Source of the DNA: Ignavibacteria bacterium RIFOXYC2_FULL_35_21
GTDB taxonomy: Bacteria > Bacteroidota > Ignavibacteria > Kapaibacteriales > UBA2268
Assembly: GCA_001804705.1 (NCBI GenBank)
Contig: MHAY01000038.1
Span: forward strand, 1,738-65,737
DNA length: 64,000 nt
Direction of reading: 5' to 3'
In this document: piece by piece, positions 46,912-56,703 of the stretch
Layout: each line of letters opens with the position of its first letter
Position numbering within the stretch: the stretch's first letter is position 1
Notes under the pieces: generated by a model
What the model was told of the DNA's origin: nothing
Seen by the model: the letters and a program-made list of their open reading frames with translations, nothing else
The model's database searches: none
Program-made: the position numbers and the translations under genes

Positions 46912-48261
46912 ATGAAAAATCTACAATTCAAACCTAAATATGAAGTTGAGGCGGAATCTGTATTTCAGGAACTCAGAAAGCATATGCTTGTTGATGGATT
47001 CGATTTTGTTCTTGACTTAGGGAACAGCACAAATCCTTATTTCACTGATGCTATTTCCGGGAGAAAATTTAAGGACTTTTTTACTTGTTTCGCATCTTTG
47101 CCTCTTGGGCTGAATCACCCGAAAGTTCTGGATGAAAGTTTTTTAAATTACCTGACAGAAGTTGCGATTAATAAGCCATCAAATTCTGATTTATATACAT
47201 CCGAGATGGCTACGTTTGTTAAGACCTTCAGAAAAGTTGCCGCACCTGCGGGATTTGAACATTATTTTTTTATATCGGGCGGGGCTTTGGCGGTTGAGAA
47301 TGCACTGAAGACTGCTTTTGACTGGAAGGTGAGAAAAAATTTCAGGAAAGGATATCGTGAAGAAAAGGGGCATCAGGTGATTCACTTCAGGCAGGCATTT
47401 CATGGGAGAAGCGGCTATACTATGTCGCTTACAAACACAGAACCTGCAAAAACAATGTATTATCCTAAATTCAAATGGCCCAGGATTACTAATCCTAAAA
47501 TCGAGTTTCCTTTGGATGAGAAGAACCTCGAGAAGGTACTTAAACTTGAAGAAATTGCATTATATGAGATTAAACAGGCATTCCTGAATAATCCCGATGA
47601 CATAGCAGCAATCATAATCGAACCAATTCAGGGAGAAGGCGGAGACAATCATTTCCGTACTGAATTTCTGAAAAAACTGAAGGAGCTTGCAGTTGAAAAT
47701 GACGTTCTGCTGATATTTGATGAGGTACAGACGGGTGTAGGCATTACTGGTACTATGTGGGCATTCGAGCAGTTGGATGTTGTTCCCGATATTCTGGTTT
47801 TCGGAAAGAAAATGCAGATTTGCGGGATAGTTGCCGGGCCGAAAATTGATGAAATTCCCGATAATGTTTTCAAAGTATCGAGCAGAATCAATTCGACCTG
47901 GGGCGGAAGTCTTGTCGATATGGTACGAGCAGAAAGGTATCTGGAGATTATCGAGGAGGATAATCTTTTAGATAATGTTAAATCAACCGGGAAACTGCTT
48001 GAATCGAAGATTTCGGAATTAGTGAATAAGCACTATGAATATTTGTTTAATGCACGGGGCAGGGGGCTAATGTGTGCTTTTGACGTGGTGAATAGTGATT
48101 TAAGGAATAAATTTAAACAGAATTGTTTTAATGAAGGTTTACTGATTCTGCCATGCGGCGAGAAGTCAATTCGATTCAGGCCGCCGCTGAATTTAAACGA
48201 AGAACATTTGGAGGAAGGATTTTCAATTATTGAATCAGCAGCAGAACACACTTTTTGCTAA
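46912..48261 (+). CDS. lat: Class III aminotransferase, most like L-lysine 6-transaminase
   Basis: HMLVDGFDFVLDL...FASLPLGLNHP N-terminus and PLP-lysine context FGKKMQICG, as I recall for LAT. Confidence 0.7.
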   Translation: MKNLQFKPKYEVEAESVFQELRKHMLVDGFDFVLDLGNSTNPYFTDAISGRKFKDFFTCFASLPLGLNHPKVLDESFLNYLTEVAINKPSNSDLYTSEMATFVKTFRKVAAPAGFEHYFFISGGALAVENALKTAFDWKVRKNFRKGYREEKGHQVIHFRQAFHGRSGYTMSLTNTEPAKTMYYPKFKWPRITNPKIEFPLDEKNLEKVLKLEEIALYEIKQAFLNNPDDIAAIIIEPIQGEGGDNHFRTEFLKKLKELAVENDVLLIFDEVQTGVGITGTMWAFEQLDVVPDILVFGKKMQICGIVAGPKIDEIPDNVFKVSSRINSTWGGSLVDMVRAERYLEIIEEDNLLDNVKSTGKLLESKISELVNKHYEYLFNARGRGLMCAFDVVNSDLRNKFKQNCFNEGLLILPCGEKSIRFRPPLNLNEEHLEEGFSIIESAAEHTFC

Positions 48262-48463
48262 TCATAGAGAGCGAAAAAATCCCAAAATAAAATGAACAAG
48301 GAGATGAAATTTGACATGATTTGTTGAATTTATTCTCTTTGTTCAATCTTTATTTTTCCATTTCTTAAAAAGATTGGGTTTGAATCTGAAAACAATCCAA
48401 TAATACTTTATCATATTCGATTAATAATATTATAGAATAAACAGTAATCCTTAGCTAAATCAA

Positions 48464-51400
48464 ATGAAAAAGACTAAAATATTGTTTATATCATTTCTCA
48501 TTGCTATTATATTAGCTACTATTACAGATTGCTTATGTCAGTATCCTGATTGGGAGAACTTAACATCAAATTATGTTAATGCCGTTGTTGATGACGGAAC
48601 ATATATCTGGACTGGAGGCTGCGGAGTTGCGAGGATTAACAAACTTACCGGTGAAATTACTTATTATAATCATGCGAATTCGGGATTGGTGCATAATGAG
48701 GTGAAGTGCTTGGCTGTGGATTCGGGGGGTGTTTTATGGATAGGTATTTGGGGAGGAGGATTGGGAAGTTTTGACGGAAAGGATTGGAAAATATACGATA
48801 CAAAAAATTCGGGACTGCCTGATGATTATGTGCAAGCGATTTTGGTTGACAGTGGGGGGGTGATATGGATAGGAACATGGTACAGGGGTTTGGTGAGGTT
48901 TGACGGGACGAGCTGGAATGTTTTTAATACAGGTAATTCGGGACTGCCGGATAATGACATTACTTCGATTGCGGTTGACGGGTATGGGAATAAGTGGATA
49001 GGGACGAAGTACAATGGCGTTGTGAGGTATAATGGGACGAATTGGTTGGTTTATAAGGTTGGGACATCGGGAATGTCCAATAATTTTGTTAAGTGCGTGT
49101 GTGTTGATTTGTATGATAATGTGTGGATAGGCACTTGGGGTTCGGGATTGGTTAAATACACCGGCACAATGTGGTATGTATATGACATGGATAGGACGGG
49201 GATACCTGATGATTTTGTTAATACGGTGAATGTTGACAAAAGGGGTGATGTATGGGTAGGTACGGCAAACGGAGGAATGGCGAAGTATAATGGTATGTGG
49301 TGGGTTGTGTATCAGACTTTTAATTCAAGCCTGAAAGATAATAATATCACTTCGATATGTATTGACAGAAATGATTGTAAATGGATTGGGACGATGACGG
49401 GTGGTGTTACAAAGTTTGATGATGTAAAATGGACAAATTATACGACAGGTAATTCGGGATTACCGAATAATGTTGTGATTAAAGTGAATATTGACAAATC
49501 CCGGAATAAATGGATTTCAACGAGAATTGGCGGACTTGCAAAGTTCGACGGAACAAACTGGGAAGTGTATAACAAAACAAATTCGGGGATTCCGGATAAT
49601 GATGTTCAGGTATTGACGATTGATGATTCTGATGCTAAATGGATTGGGACGTATGGAGGAGGTTTTGCAAAATTTGCCGGAAATAGTTGGTTTGTTTATA
49701 ATACTTCAAACTCCCCTCTGCCGGATGACGAGGTGCAGGCGATTTTGGTTGACAGAATTGGTAATAAGTGGATAGGTACAACAGGGATGGGATTGGTGAA
49801 ATATGACGGGAGCAATTGGACATTATATAATACATCAAATTCGGGTTTGACTGATGACTGGATTCAGGCTATAGCTGTTGATTCGACTGATAATATCTGG
49901 ATAGGGACATGGTTTGGGGGATTGATAAAGTATGACGGTATTGACTGGACGGTGTTTAACTCGCTTAACTCGGGTTTGCCTGTAGATGAAATCCAATCAA
50001 TTGTTGTAGATGAAAATAATAATAAATGGATTGGCACTTTTGGAGGTGGAGTTGCCAAATTAGACAGTTCAGTATGGACTGTTTATAATACAACAAATTC
50101 GAGATTGCCGGATAACCATGTCGTGTGTATTACTATTGACAGCATTGGTAATAAATGGGTAGGAACAGCGAACGGTGGAATGGCATTTTTTAACGATAAG
50201 GGATGGATGCAGTTCAATTCTAAAAATTCTGGATTGCCGGACGATTATGTTACGGGCATTGCTGTCGATGAGAATGGATATGGCTGGATTGGCACACTGA
50301 GAGGGGGATTAGCACTGCTGAAGAAGGCTTTGAATTTTCCCGAAGAGATTGTATTTCAACTTAAAAGCAGTGATGATACTGTCTGTGCCGGGGAAAGTGT
50401 GAATTTGGGGATAGAAAAAATTATCAAGGGAGGAATCAAGCCATTTACATATTCATGGACACCGAAATTAAATATCATCGATTCATCGGTTGATTCTGTG
50501 CTAGAGGTGCAACCGAGTACATCGAGGACTTATACACTTAGGTTAATAGACTCAAATATTCCACAGGATACCGCTTATTCAAGTATATATATTCATGTTA
50601 ATCAATTACCTGCAAAGCCTGTAATAGCAGGCAGAAATGACACATTATTTTCAAGTTCTTCTTCAAAGTATCAATGGTACGTTGATAGTATGCTTATGAA
50701 TGGGGAGACGAAGCGGTACGTAATACCACCAAAGAATGGAATATATTTTGTTGAAATAACCGATTCAAACGGCTGTTCCTCCATGTCTGATTTATTTTCT
50801 TATTCTTTTAATTCATCAGCGACAATTACAGTAGCTGATTGTGAAGGTTCTATTGGAGATACCATTGATGTTAAAATCTTTTTATCGGGCAAACATGACC
50901 TTGAGTATTCTAGTTTAACAGGATTCTCAGGTGATTTGAATATGAACTATTCTTTACTCTATCCGGTTTCCGTTACATCTCGTGGGATTGTTAATGATGG
51001 AGAAAGAATAATATCATTGTTGATGCCGCTACCTTTAGATGGAGATTCAACATTAGCTTCAATGAAATTCCGGGTGATTTTAGGAAATGATACGGTATCG
51101 AATTTATCCTTATTTGATGTAAAAGGAATCGATGCTGATATTCCGATTGCTGTTAAAGATGGTATATTCAGATTAAAAGGGTATTGCAATGAAGGCGGGC
51201 CAAGGCTTGTAAACACTAATATTCCACTATCACTAAAAATTGTATCTGAAAATCCTGCTAGAGATGAAAGTAAGTTGGAGTTTTCTTTAATCGAAGAATC
51301 ATTTATTGAACTTTCATTATTCAATGTGAATGGCATAAAGGTTGAAACTTTTATTAGTGATTATTTTAAGCAGGGTAGATTCGCTAAAATAATAAATTTA

Positions 51401-51484
51401 AAAAATGTGTCATCAGGATTTTATTTAATTACTTTAAAAACACCAACTAGAACAATTTCGAAATGGCTGTGTGTGCTGAAATGA
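48464..51484 (+). CDS. Two-component-regulator-propeller (Reg_prop) repeat protein with Ig-like region and T9SS C-terminal domain
   Basis: About 13 repeats of W(I/V)GT..GGL.K(F/Y)DG..W.VYNT.NSGLPD..V..I.VD. Tail ..ENPA..SGFYLITL. Confidence 0.8.
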   Translation: MKKTKILFISFLIAIILATITDCLCQYPDWENLTSNYVNAVVDDGTYIWTGGCGVARINKLTGEITYYNHANSGLVHNEVKCLAVDSGGVLWIGIWGGGLGSFDGKDWKIYDTKNSGLPDDYVQAILVDSGGVIWIGTWYRGLVRFDGTSWNVFNTGNSGLPDNDITSIAVDGYGNKWIGTKYNGVVRYNGTNWLVYKVGTSGMSNNFVKCVCVDLYDNVWIGTWGSGLVKYTGTMWYVYDMDRTGIPDDFVNTVNVDKRGDVWVGTANGGMAKYNGMWWVVYQTFNSSLKDNNITSICIDRNDCKWIGTMTGGVTKFDDVKWTNYTTGNSGLPNNVVIKVNIDKSRNKWISTRIGGLAKFDGTNWEVYNKTNSGIPDNDVQVLTIDDSDAKWIGTYGGGFAKFAGNSWFVYNTSNSPLPDDEVQAILVDRIGNKWIGTTGMGLVKYDGSNWTLYNTSNSGLTDDWIQAIAVDSTDNIWIGTWFGGLIKYDGIDWTVFNSLNSGLPVDEIQSIVVDENNNKWIGTFGGGVAKLDSSVWTVYNTTNSRLPDNHVVCITIDSIGNKWVGTANGGMAFFNDKGWMQFNSKNSGLPDDYVTGIAVDENGYGWIGTLRGGLALLKKALNFPEEIVFQLKSSDDTVCAGESVNLGIEKIIKGGIKPFTYSWTPKLNIIDSSVDSVLEVQPSTSRTYTLRLIDSNIPQDTAYSSIYIHVNQLPAKPVIAGRNDTLFSSSSSKYQWYVDSMLMNGETKRYVIPPKNGIYFVEITDSNGCSSMSDLFSYSFNSSATITVADCEGSIGDTIDVKIFLSGKHDLEYSSLTGFSGDLNMNYSLLYPVSVTSRGIVNDGERIISLLMPLPLDGDSTLASMKFRVILGNDTVSNLSLFDVKGIDADIPIAVKDGIFRLKGYCNEGGPRLVNTNIPLSLKIVSENPARDESKLEFSLIEESFIELSLFNVNGIKVETFISDYFKQGRFAKIINLKNVSSGFYLITLKTPTRTISKWLCVLK

Positions 51485-51548
51485 CAGAGGCAAAATGTTA
51501 AAATTGCAGGGGCCAACAATGTTCTGTCCTTACATTATAATTATCTCA

Positions 51549-52328
51549 TTAATTTTTCATATATCTTTCTAAAAACTCCTTTGTAACAGGGTCATCAGAT
51601 TTATAAAACTCATCGGGTGTACCATCGAAATGAACTCTTCCCTCATCCAACATGGCAACGGTATGTGCAATTCTCAATACAGAGAACATATCATGTGTGA
51701 TTATTAATGAAGTAACATTCATTTTTTTTGTGAGTTCTGCTATAAGTTTATCAATCTGTTCTGATGTAACGGGGTCAAGTCCTGTCGTAGGTTCGTCATA
51801 TAAAATATAAGAAGGATTTCCAACCAAAGCACGAGCAACCCCGACTCTTTTCCTCATACCACCAGAAAGGTCGGATGGTTTCTTATTCTTTAGTATTTGC
51901 CATTCTTTTTTAAATTCCGATGTTTCCGGTTCGCCCCTTTCGGGAAGCAATCCTACTGATGAAATTACCCTGATAGCTTCTTCTTCAAGGTCTTTCATAT
52001 TTCTCAAGCCATGTTCGTATAATCCCACAACAATGTTCTCAAAAACATTGTATGAATCAAAAAGGGCAGAGCCCTGGAAAACGAATCCGATTTTCTGCCT
52101 GAAACCGAATAAATCCACTTTGGATAATTCTTCAATATTCTGCCCATCAACAAGAACTTTGCCTTTATCAGGGGCAAGCAAGCCAACAATATGTTTAATT
52201 AAAACACTTTTTCCGCAACCTGATTTTCCGATAATACACTTGGATTCACCGGTTGGTATAGTCAGGTTTACACCATTCAATACAGGCTTTTGGCCAAAAG
52301 ATTTATGCAGGCCTATTATTTCAATCAT
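51549..52328 (-). CDS. ABC transporter ATP-binding protein (MlaF/Mkl-like)
   Basis: Walker A GKSGCGKS, signature LSGGMRKRV, Walker B ILYDEPTTGLD. Confidence 0.85.
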   Translation of the reverse strand: MIEIIGLHKSFGQKPVLNGVNLTIPTGESKCIIGKSGCGKSVLIKHIVGLLAPDKGKVLVDGQNIEELSKVDLFGFRQKIGFVFQGSALFDSYNVFENIVVGLYEHGLRNMKDLEEEAIRVISSVGLLPERGEPETSEFKKEWQILKNKKPSDLSGGMRKRVGVARALVGNPSYILYDEPTTGLDPVTSEQIDKLIAELTKKMNVTSLIITHDMFSVLRIAHTVAMLDEGRVHFDGTPDEFYKSDDPVTKEFLERYMKN

Positions 52329-52366
52329 ATCAATCCTCTCTCCTATTCAATTCACGTTTTTTGGGT

Positions 52367-52435
52367 GAAGGTTAGGAACCTTCCCCTACTTTTTAACTAA
52401 TTTTTTATTGGGGAAGATTTAGAACCTTCCGCTAC
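52367..52435. repeat. Two REP-like palindromes, GGGAAGG family
   Basis: gaaggttaggaaccttcccctac and ggggaagatttagaaccttccgctac. The second overlaps the cca stop region. Confidence 0.8.
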
Positions 52436-53875
52436 TTTTAACCATTCATCTTTATGGTTTAAAAAATATTCTTTAGCCGCTTCATATTCGTTTGGTATTA
52501 ATCCATCGAGAATAGCTTCTTCAATAGCAGATTTGATAAAACCAACAGCAGGTGATGGTAGTAATTTACATAACACCATTATTTCTTCTCCACGAACGGG
52601 AGACTGAAATTCTCTTAATTTATCTTTCTCCTGAACATCGAGAACTTTTTTTGCAACTTGAACATAATTCTTCAAGTATTTTGCTGATAGTAAGGGATTT
52701 TTTGTAGTAATATCAGCCTTGCAAAGTACAAACAAATCTTCGAGAACTTCACCAGCCTGAAAAGCTAAACGCCTTACAGCAGAATCTGTAACACCATCAT
52801 CAACAAGAACCATAGGCCTTTGATGTAACCGAACAAGCTTTTCGACATAAGGTAAATGCTCCATTGGGAGTTTCATTCTTCTGAAAATCTGTGTCATTCT
52901 CCTTGCACCAAGTTCTTCATGCCCGTGGAATGTCCATCCTGTTCCGGGTATATATTTTTTTGTTACTGATTTTGCAATATCATGTGTCAGTGCGGCAAAG
53001 CGTAGCCAAGGATTTTTGGTTACTTCACAGATATTACCGAGTACCTGTAATGAATGTAGAAATACATCTTTATGTCCGTAAACCTTATCTTCTTCTTTAA
53101 TAAATTCAATGCCATTCAACCTGTGAAGTTCCGGGAATATGATTTTCAGAATACCGGTGTCATTCAGGATTTTTAAACCTGTACCAGGATTATCCGATGA
53201 GATAATTTTCATGAACTCATCAGTTATTCTTTCCTGCGATATAATTTTTATTCTTTCTGCAGTTGTTGATATACCTTTTAAAGTATCGGGGTGAATGTTA
53301 AAACCAAGCTGTGAGGCAAAACGTGCCGCCCTCATCATTCTCAATGGGTCGTCGGAAAAGGTGATTTCCGCATCAAGCGGAGTTCTTAGTATTTTGTCGT
53401 TTAAATCAGAAATTCCATTGAATAAATCAATCAGAGAACCATAAGATTTTTCGTTGACACTTGCCGCCATTGCATTGATTGTAAAATCCCTTCTTCTTAA
53501 ATCATCATCGAGTGTGCCTTCGGTTACTATAGGTTTTCTGGAATTTGGCTTGTATTCTTCTTTACGTGTTCCGACAAATTCGATTTTATGCTCACCAAGC
53601 GGAACGAGTGCAGTCCTGAATTTCTGATAAATTACAGCTTTCGATTTAAATTTTTTTGCAACTGATTCAGCAAACTCAATTGAATCGCCGACAACTGTAA
53701 AGTCGAAATCAATTCTTTCCCTTTTAAGAAAAGAATCACGGACATAGCCGCCGACAATGTATAGCTCAGCGCCCAACTGGTCGGCAATTCGACCAATTTG
53801 TTTAACGATTGGTTCGGTTATTTTTATTTTCTTTTTCTTTGTAATAGCAGTATTTTTTTTTGTTCCTTTATCCAC
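52397..53875 (-). CDS. cca: CCA-adding enzyme / poly(A) polymerase-family tRNA nucleotidyltransferase with HD domain
   Basis: GGYVRD, RDFTINA, and an HD region (HD..K). Confidence 0.8.
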   Translation of the reverse strand: MDKGTKKNTAITKKKKIKITEPIVKQIGRIADQLGAELYIVGGYVRDSFLKRERIDFDFTVVGDSIEFAESVAKKFKSKAVIYQKFRTALVPLGEHKIEFVGTRKEEYKPNSRKPIVTEGTLDDDLRRRDFTINAMAASVNEKSYGSLIDLFNGISDLNDKILRTPLDAEITFSDDPLRMMRAARFASQLGFNIHPDTLKGISTTAERIKIISQERITDEFMKIISSDNPGTGLKILNDTGILKIIFPELHRLNGIEFIKEEDKVYGHKDVFLHSLQVLGNICEVTKNPWLRFAALTHDIAKSVTKKYIPGTGWTFHGHEELGARRMTQIFRRMKLPMEHLPYVEKLVRLHQRPMVLVDDGVTDSAVRRLAFQAGEVLEDLFVLCKADITTKNPLLSAKYLKNYVQVAKKVLDVQEKDKLREFQSPVRGEEIMVLCKLLPSPAVGFIKSAIEEAILDGLIPNEYEAAKEYFLNHKDEWLKVAEGSKSSPIKN

Positions 53876-53896
53876 CCTGATTATTATTTCTCCTAA

Positions 53897-55405
53897 CTAA
53901 TCAATTATCATTGCCTGAAAGACGTATAACTCGGCTTTTGTTGATTTATAGGCATCCATCGGCAAGCGAGCCTTCCTGCAAAGATTCTCGAGAAGCTCTG
54001 TCCTGTTCCACTTTTGCTCGGGTGCAACCTGGGGAAGAAATAATGCTCCCGAATTTTCCATCCTAAGATAAACTCCATCTCTTCCGATTTCAATTTCTTC
54101 AGGATTTAGAATTTTTTTCATTCTCGACAGAATTGTTACTTCATATTCAAGCTTGTCGAGTTCTTTTTCACTAACAGGGCTGAACCTCGGGTCACGGCTT
54201 GCGGCAAGCCTTCCCGCTTCAATCACAGAATTAAGCAAAGATGATGTCGTAAATGTCTGTCCCATACACCCGCGGAGCATACCTTCTTCTTTCAAAGTAA
54301 CAAAAGCTGCATATTCATCGTTCAGCCTGTCTGAGAATTGTTTCTCATCAATATCAATCGAAGTATTTAGAACGGTTGACCTGACAGACTTCTTCGCATA
54401 ATCCATTATTACTTTTTTGTCTTTTTCATTCAATTCGGGAAGTATTTTCAATTGTCCGCTGTTGTCATTATACAATGCACCGCTGAAATAGCCCACCACT
54501 CTGGATGAATCAGTTGCCGTGTAAGGAGAAGTTGCGGATGTGGCATAAAGAAATGAATGTGCAGAATTAGCACCCAACTGCTCTGCCACACTCATAACAA
54601 CTGTTATCGGCGCTCCGCCGCAGGCTTCCCACTTATCCTGGTACAAATTCATTGCCATTTTGAAGTAATCCAATTTAGAGAATGCTTCAACAAGCGGCGA
54701 ATCAATTTTTTCAGCCTGCTTTTGATTGTGAAAATGAGATAAATCGGAACTTGCTACAAGCAATACTTTCCGGTTCAGCTTTTTCACTGACTTCACAATC
54801 GCTTTCACTAATTCATCCGTTGTCTCGAAATCCTGTGTACCCATAACAATCGGTACAATCGGTGTGCCTGATTGTACAATCTGCAGAAAAGGTATCTGCA
54901 CCTCGAGTGCGTGTTCAGACCTGCCTTCAGTCCAGCTATGTCCGTCCATTGAAAATTTAACATCAGGAAAAACAATCGCTATTTCCTTCGACAATTCAAG
55001 GTCAACTTTTGCTATTCCGAGGGGCGTAACATAAGCATCGCCTTTGAAAACCGAAGCACCTCGAAATGCTTTTGTGTGGCTCGGAGAAATGACAATCACA
55101 GCATCATATTTTCTGTCTTTCAGTTCACGGTATGCTTTGCCTGCAACCCAGCCGCTGTAAACATACCCGGCATGGGGAACAACAAGCCCGATAATATCTC
55201 CCTTGATTTCGAGCGGCTCATCCGGCGAGAGATATTCGTTAATCCACTTTTTAATAGTGTCAGCATTGGCAGGATAAAAAGCCCCCGCCACGGTCGGCGG
55301 ACGGTGCGTTACTTTGCTTAAGTCGGGGCTGTCCTGGCAGAATGTGTTGGATAGTGCAACCATAAGAATAATCATTCCAAGATATTTCATAAGAATTGTT
55401 CTCAT
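53897..55405 (-). CDS. Fusion of MEMO1-like (AmmeMemoRadiSam B) and AMMECR1 (AmmeMemoRadiSam A) domains, with an N-terminal signal-peptide-like segment
   Basis: VAGAFYP...VVPHAGYVYSG (Memo-like), then AAFVTLKEEGMLRGCMG (AMMECR1). Confidence 0.75.
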   Translation of the reverse strand: MRTILMKYLGMIILMVALSNTFCQDSPDLSKVTHRPPTVAGAFYPANADTIKKWINEYLSPDEPLEIKGDIIGLVVPHAGYVYSGWVAGKAYRELKDRKYDAVIVISPSHTKAFRGASVFKGDAYVTPLGIAKVDLELSKEIAIVFPDVKFSMDGHSWTEGRSEHALEVQIPFLQIVQSGTPIVPIVMGTQDFETTDELVKAIVKSVKKLNRKVLLVASSDLSHFHNQKQAEKIDSPLVEAFSKLDYFKMAMNLYQDKWEACGGAPITVVMSVAEQLGANSAHSFLYATSATSPYTATDSSRVVGYFSGALYNDNSGQLKILPELNEKDKKVIMDYAKKSVRSTVLNTSIDIDEKQFSDRLNDEYAAFVTLKEEGMLRGCMGQTFTTSSLLNSVIEAGRLAASRDPRFSPVSEKELDKLEYEVTILSRMKKILNPEEIEIGRDGVYLRMENSGALFLPQVAPEQKWNRTELLENLCRKARLPMDAYKSTKAELYVFQAMIID

Positions 55406-55644
55406 TTCTTATATAAAAAAGAGTACAAAATGAACATATTAAATTAATAAGATTTGGATTAATATCAATATTATTTGTTATTATTGAAAAATAAATTTTA
55501 TTTTGGGTGTAACATTTTCGGTATTTTTACTTTTTAGTGAATAATATTGATTTAGCAATTTTTTCTTAATTTAATAAATTGTTCTTTATTTTAATCAAAA
55601 AACTATAAGAATAAAAATGCTAAACATATTGGTAGGGTGAAAAT

Positions 55645-56703
55645 ATGTATAAAGATGAAATTCAGAGATTAATCGAAGAATCCCCATTGGATATCGACAT
55701 AGACATTATAATAACTGGACGTCCACCAACGATGGCCAATTCTGAATTTCTCACAAACAAAGAACAAGGAGACTGGGCTGAGCAAATAGTGTTTAGGGCA
55801 ATAAATGAATTTTCAAGAGACTATTTTGCGATAAAATACGGACGTTCCGAATCTTTGGCGGCAGGTGAGGATGGATTCACTGAGTTTTATCAAGAATATC
55901 AACGAGAACTTAATGCAATAGGAAAAAGACCAGATATTCTTATTTTTAAAATAAGCGATTTTCCTGATAAAAATGTTGATATTGAAAATGATGAATATGT
56001 CAGAAAAGCAGTTGCTGCATTGGAAGTAAGGTCAAGTTCATTTCTATCTGAAAAGTTTTCTGCATTTATGCGAGATCGACAACAACAGGCAATTCAAAAA
56101 TGTTCAGAAATTCGTGACGCAATAATAAGAAGTGAACTTGGTGACTTGTTGTTGCGAAAAAACGAATCTATTTTTAATTTAATTTCGAATGCTACAGATG
56201 AGACCTTCAGAAATCTGGACTTTCGGTGTCCTTCTTGGTCTTTAACACAAGAATTAAGAGACTTAACGATGCTATTGAAAGAACTGAAGGAAAATATTAA
56301 GGTATTACATAAACGTGATTACTTAAGTATTACACCAAAAATGGAAGACATTGCACTAGTTAATAGATGGATAAAGAATTTTAATGTTAAACATTTCTAT
56401 CTGCAGGTCTTTTTCGATAAGGCGTATGTAATATCCTTTAAAGATATACTAACATTTGTTTCAAATGATAACAATGAAGACAATAATTTTTCGATTGAAC
56501 AAGATGTAAAAAATCAGGGAAAGACTACCATAAAGATTAATGTTCAAATTGGTAAAGAAGTACTTGGTAGAATTGACATGCCTGTACATAATTCTGTGAT
56601 GAAAGAATTAGAAAGAGGACGTCTCTTATTTTATGTTAAATTTGTTGGTGGTAAAGGTTACCTTGATCATGAAATATTCATAAGGGACATTATAAATGCA
56701 TGA
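55645..56703 (+). CDS. Putative type II restriction endonuclease (PD-(D/E)xK-like)
   Basis: GDWAE...RPDILIF...ALEVRSS arrangement. Overlaps the downstream methyltransferase gene by 8 nt. Family not identified with certainty. Confidence 0.55.
   Translation: MYKDEIQRLIEESPLDIDIDIIITGRPPTMANSEFLTNKEQGDWAEQIVFRAINEFSRDYFAIKYGRSESLAAGEDGFTEFYQEYQRELNAIGKRPDILIFKISDFPDKNVDIENDEYVRKAVAALEVRSSSFLSEKFSAFMRDRQQQAIQKCSEIRDAIIRSELGDLLLRKNESIFNLISNATDETFRNLDFRCPSWSLTQELRDLTMLLKELKENIKVLHKRDYLSITPKMEDIALVNRWIKNFNVKHFYLQVFFDKAYVISFKDILTFVSNDNNEDNNFSIEQDVKNQGKTTIKINVQIGKEVLGRIDMPVHNSVMKELERGRLLFYVKFVGGKGYLDHEIFIRDIINA

Noticed and set aside
48600-50350. Nucleotide-level repeats in the propeller gene as mobile or non-coding repeats
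   Set aside because: The roughly 140-bp periodicity follows the Reg_prop blade repeats of one long intact ORF. This is ordinary intragenic domain repetition.
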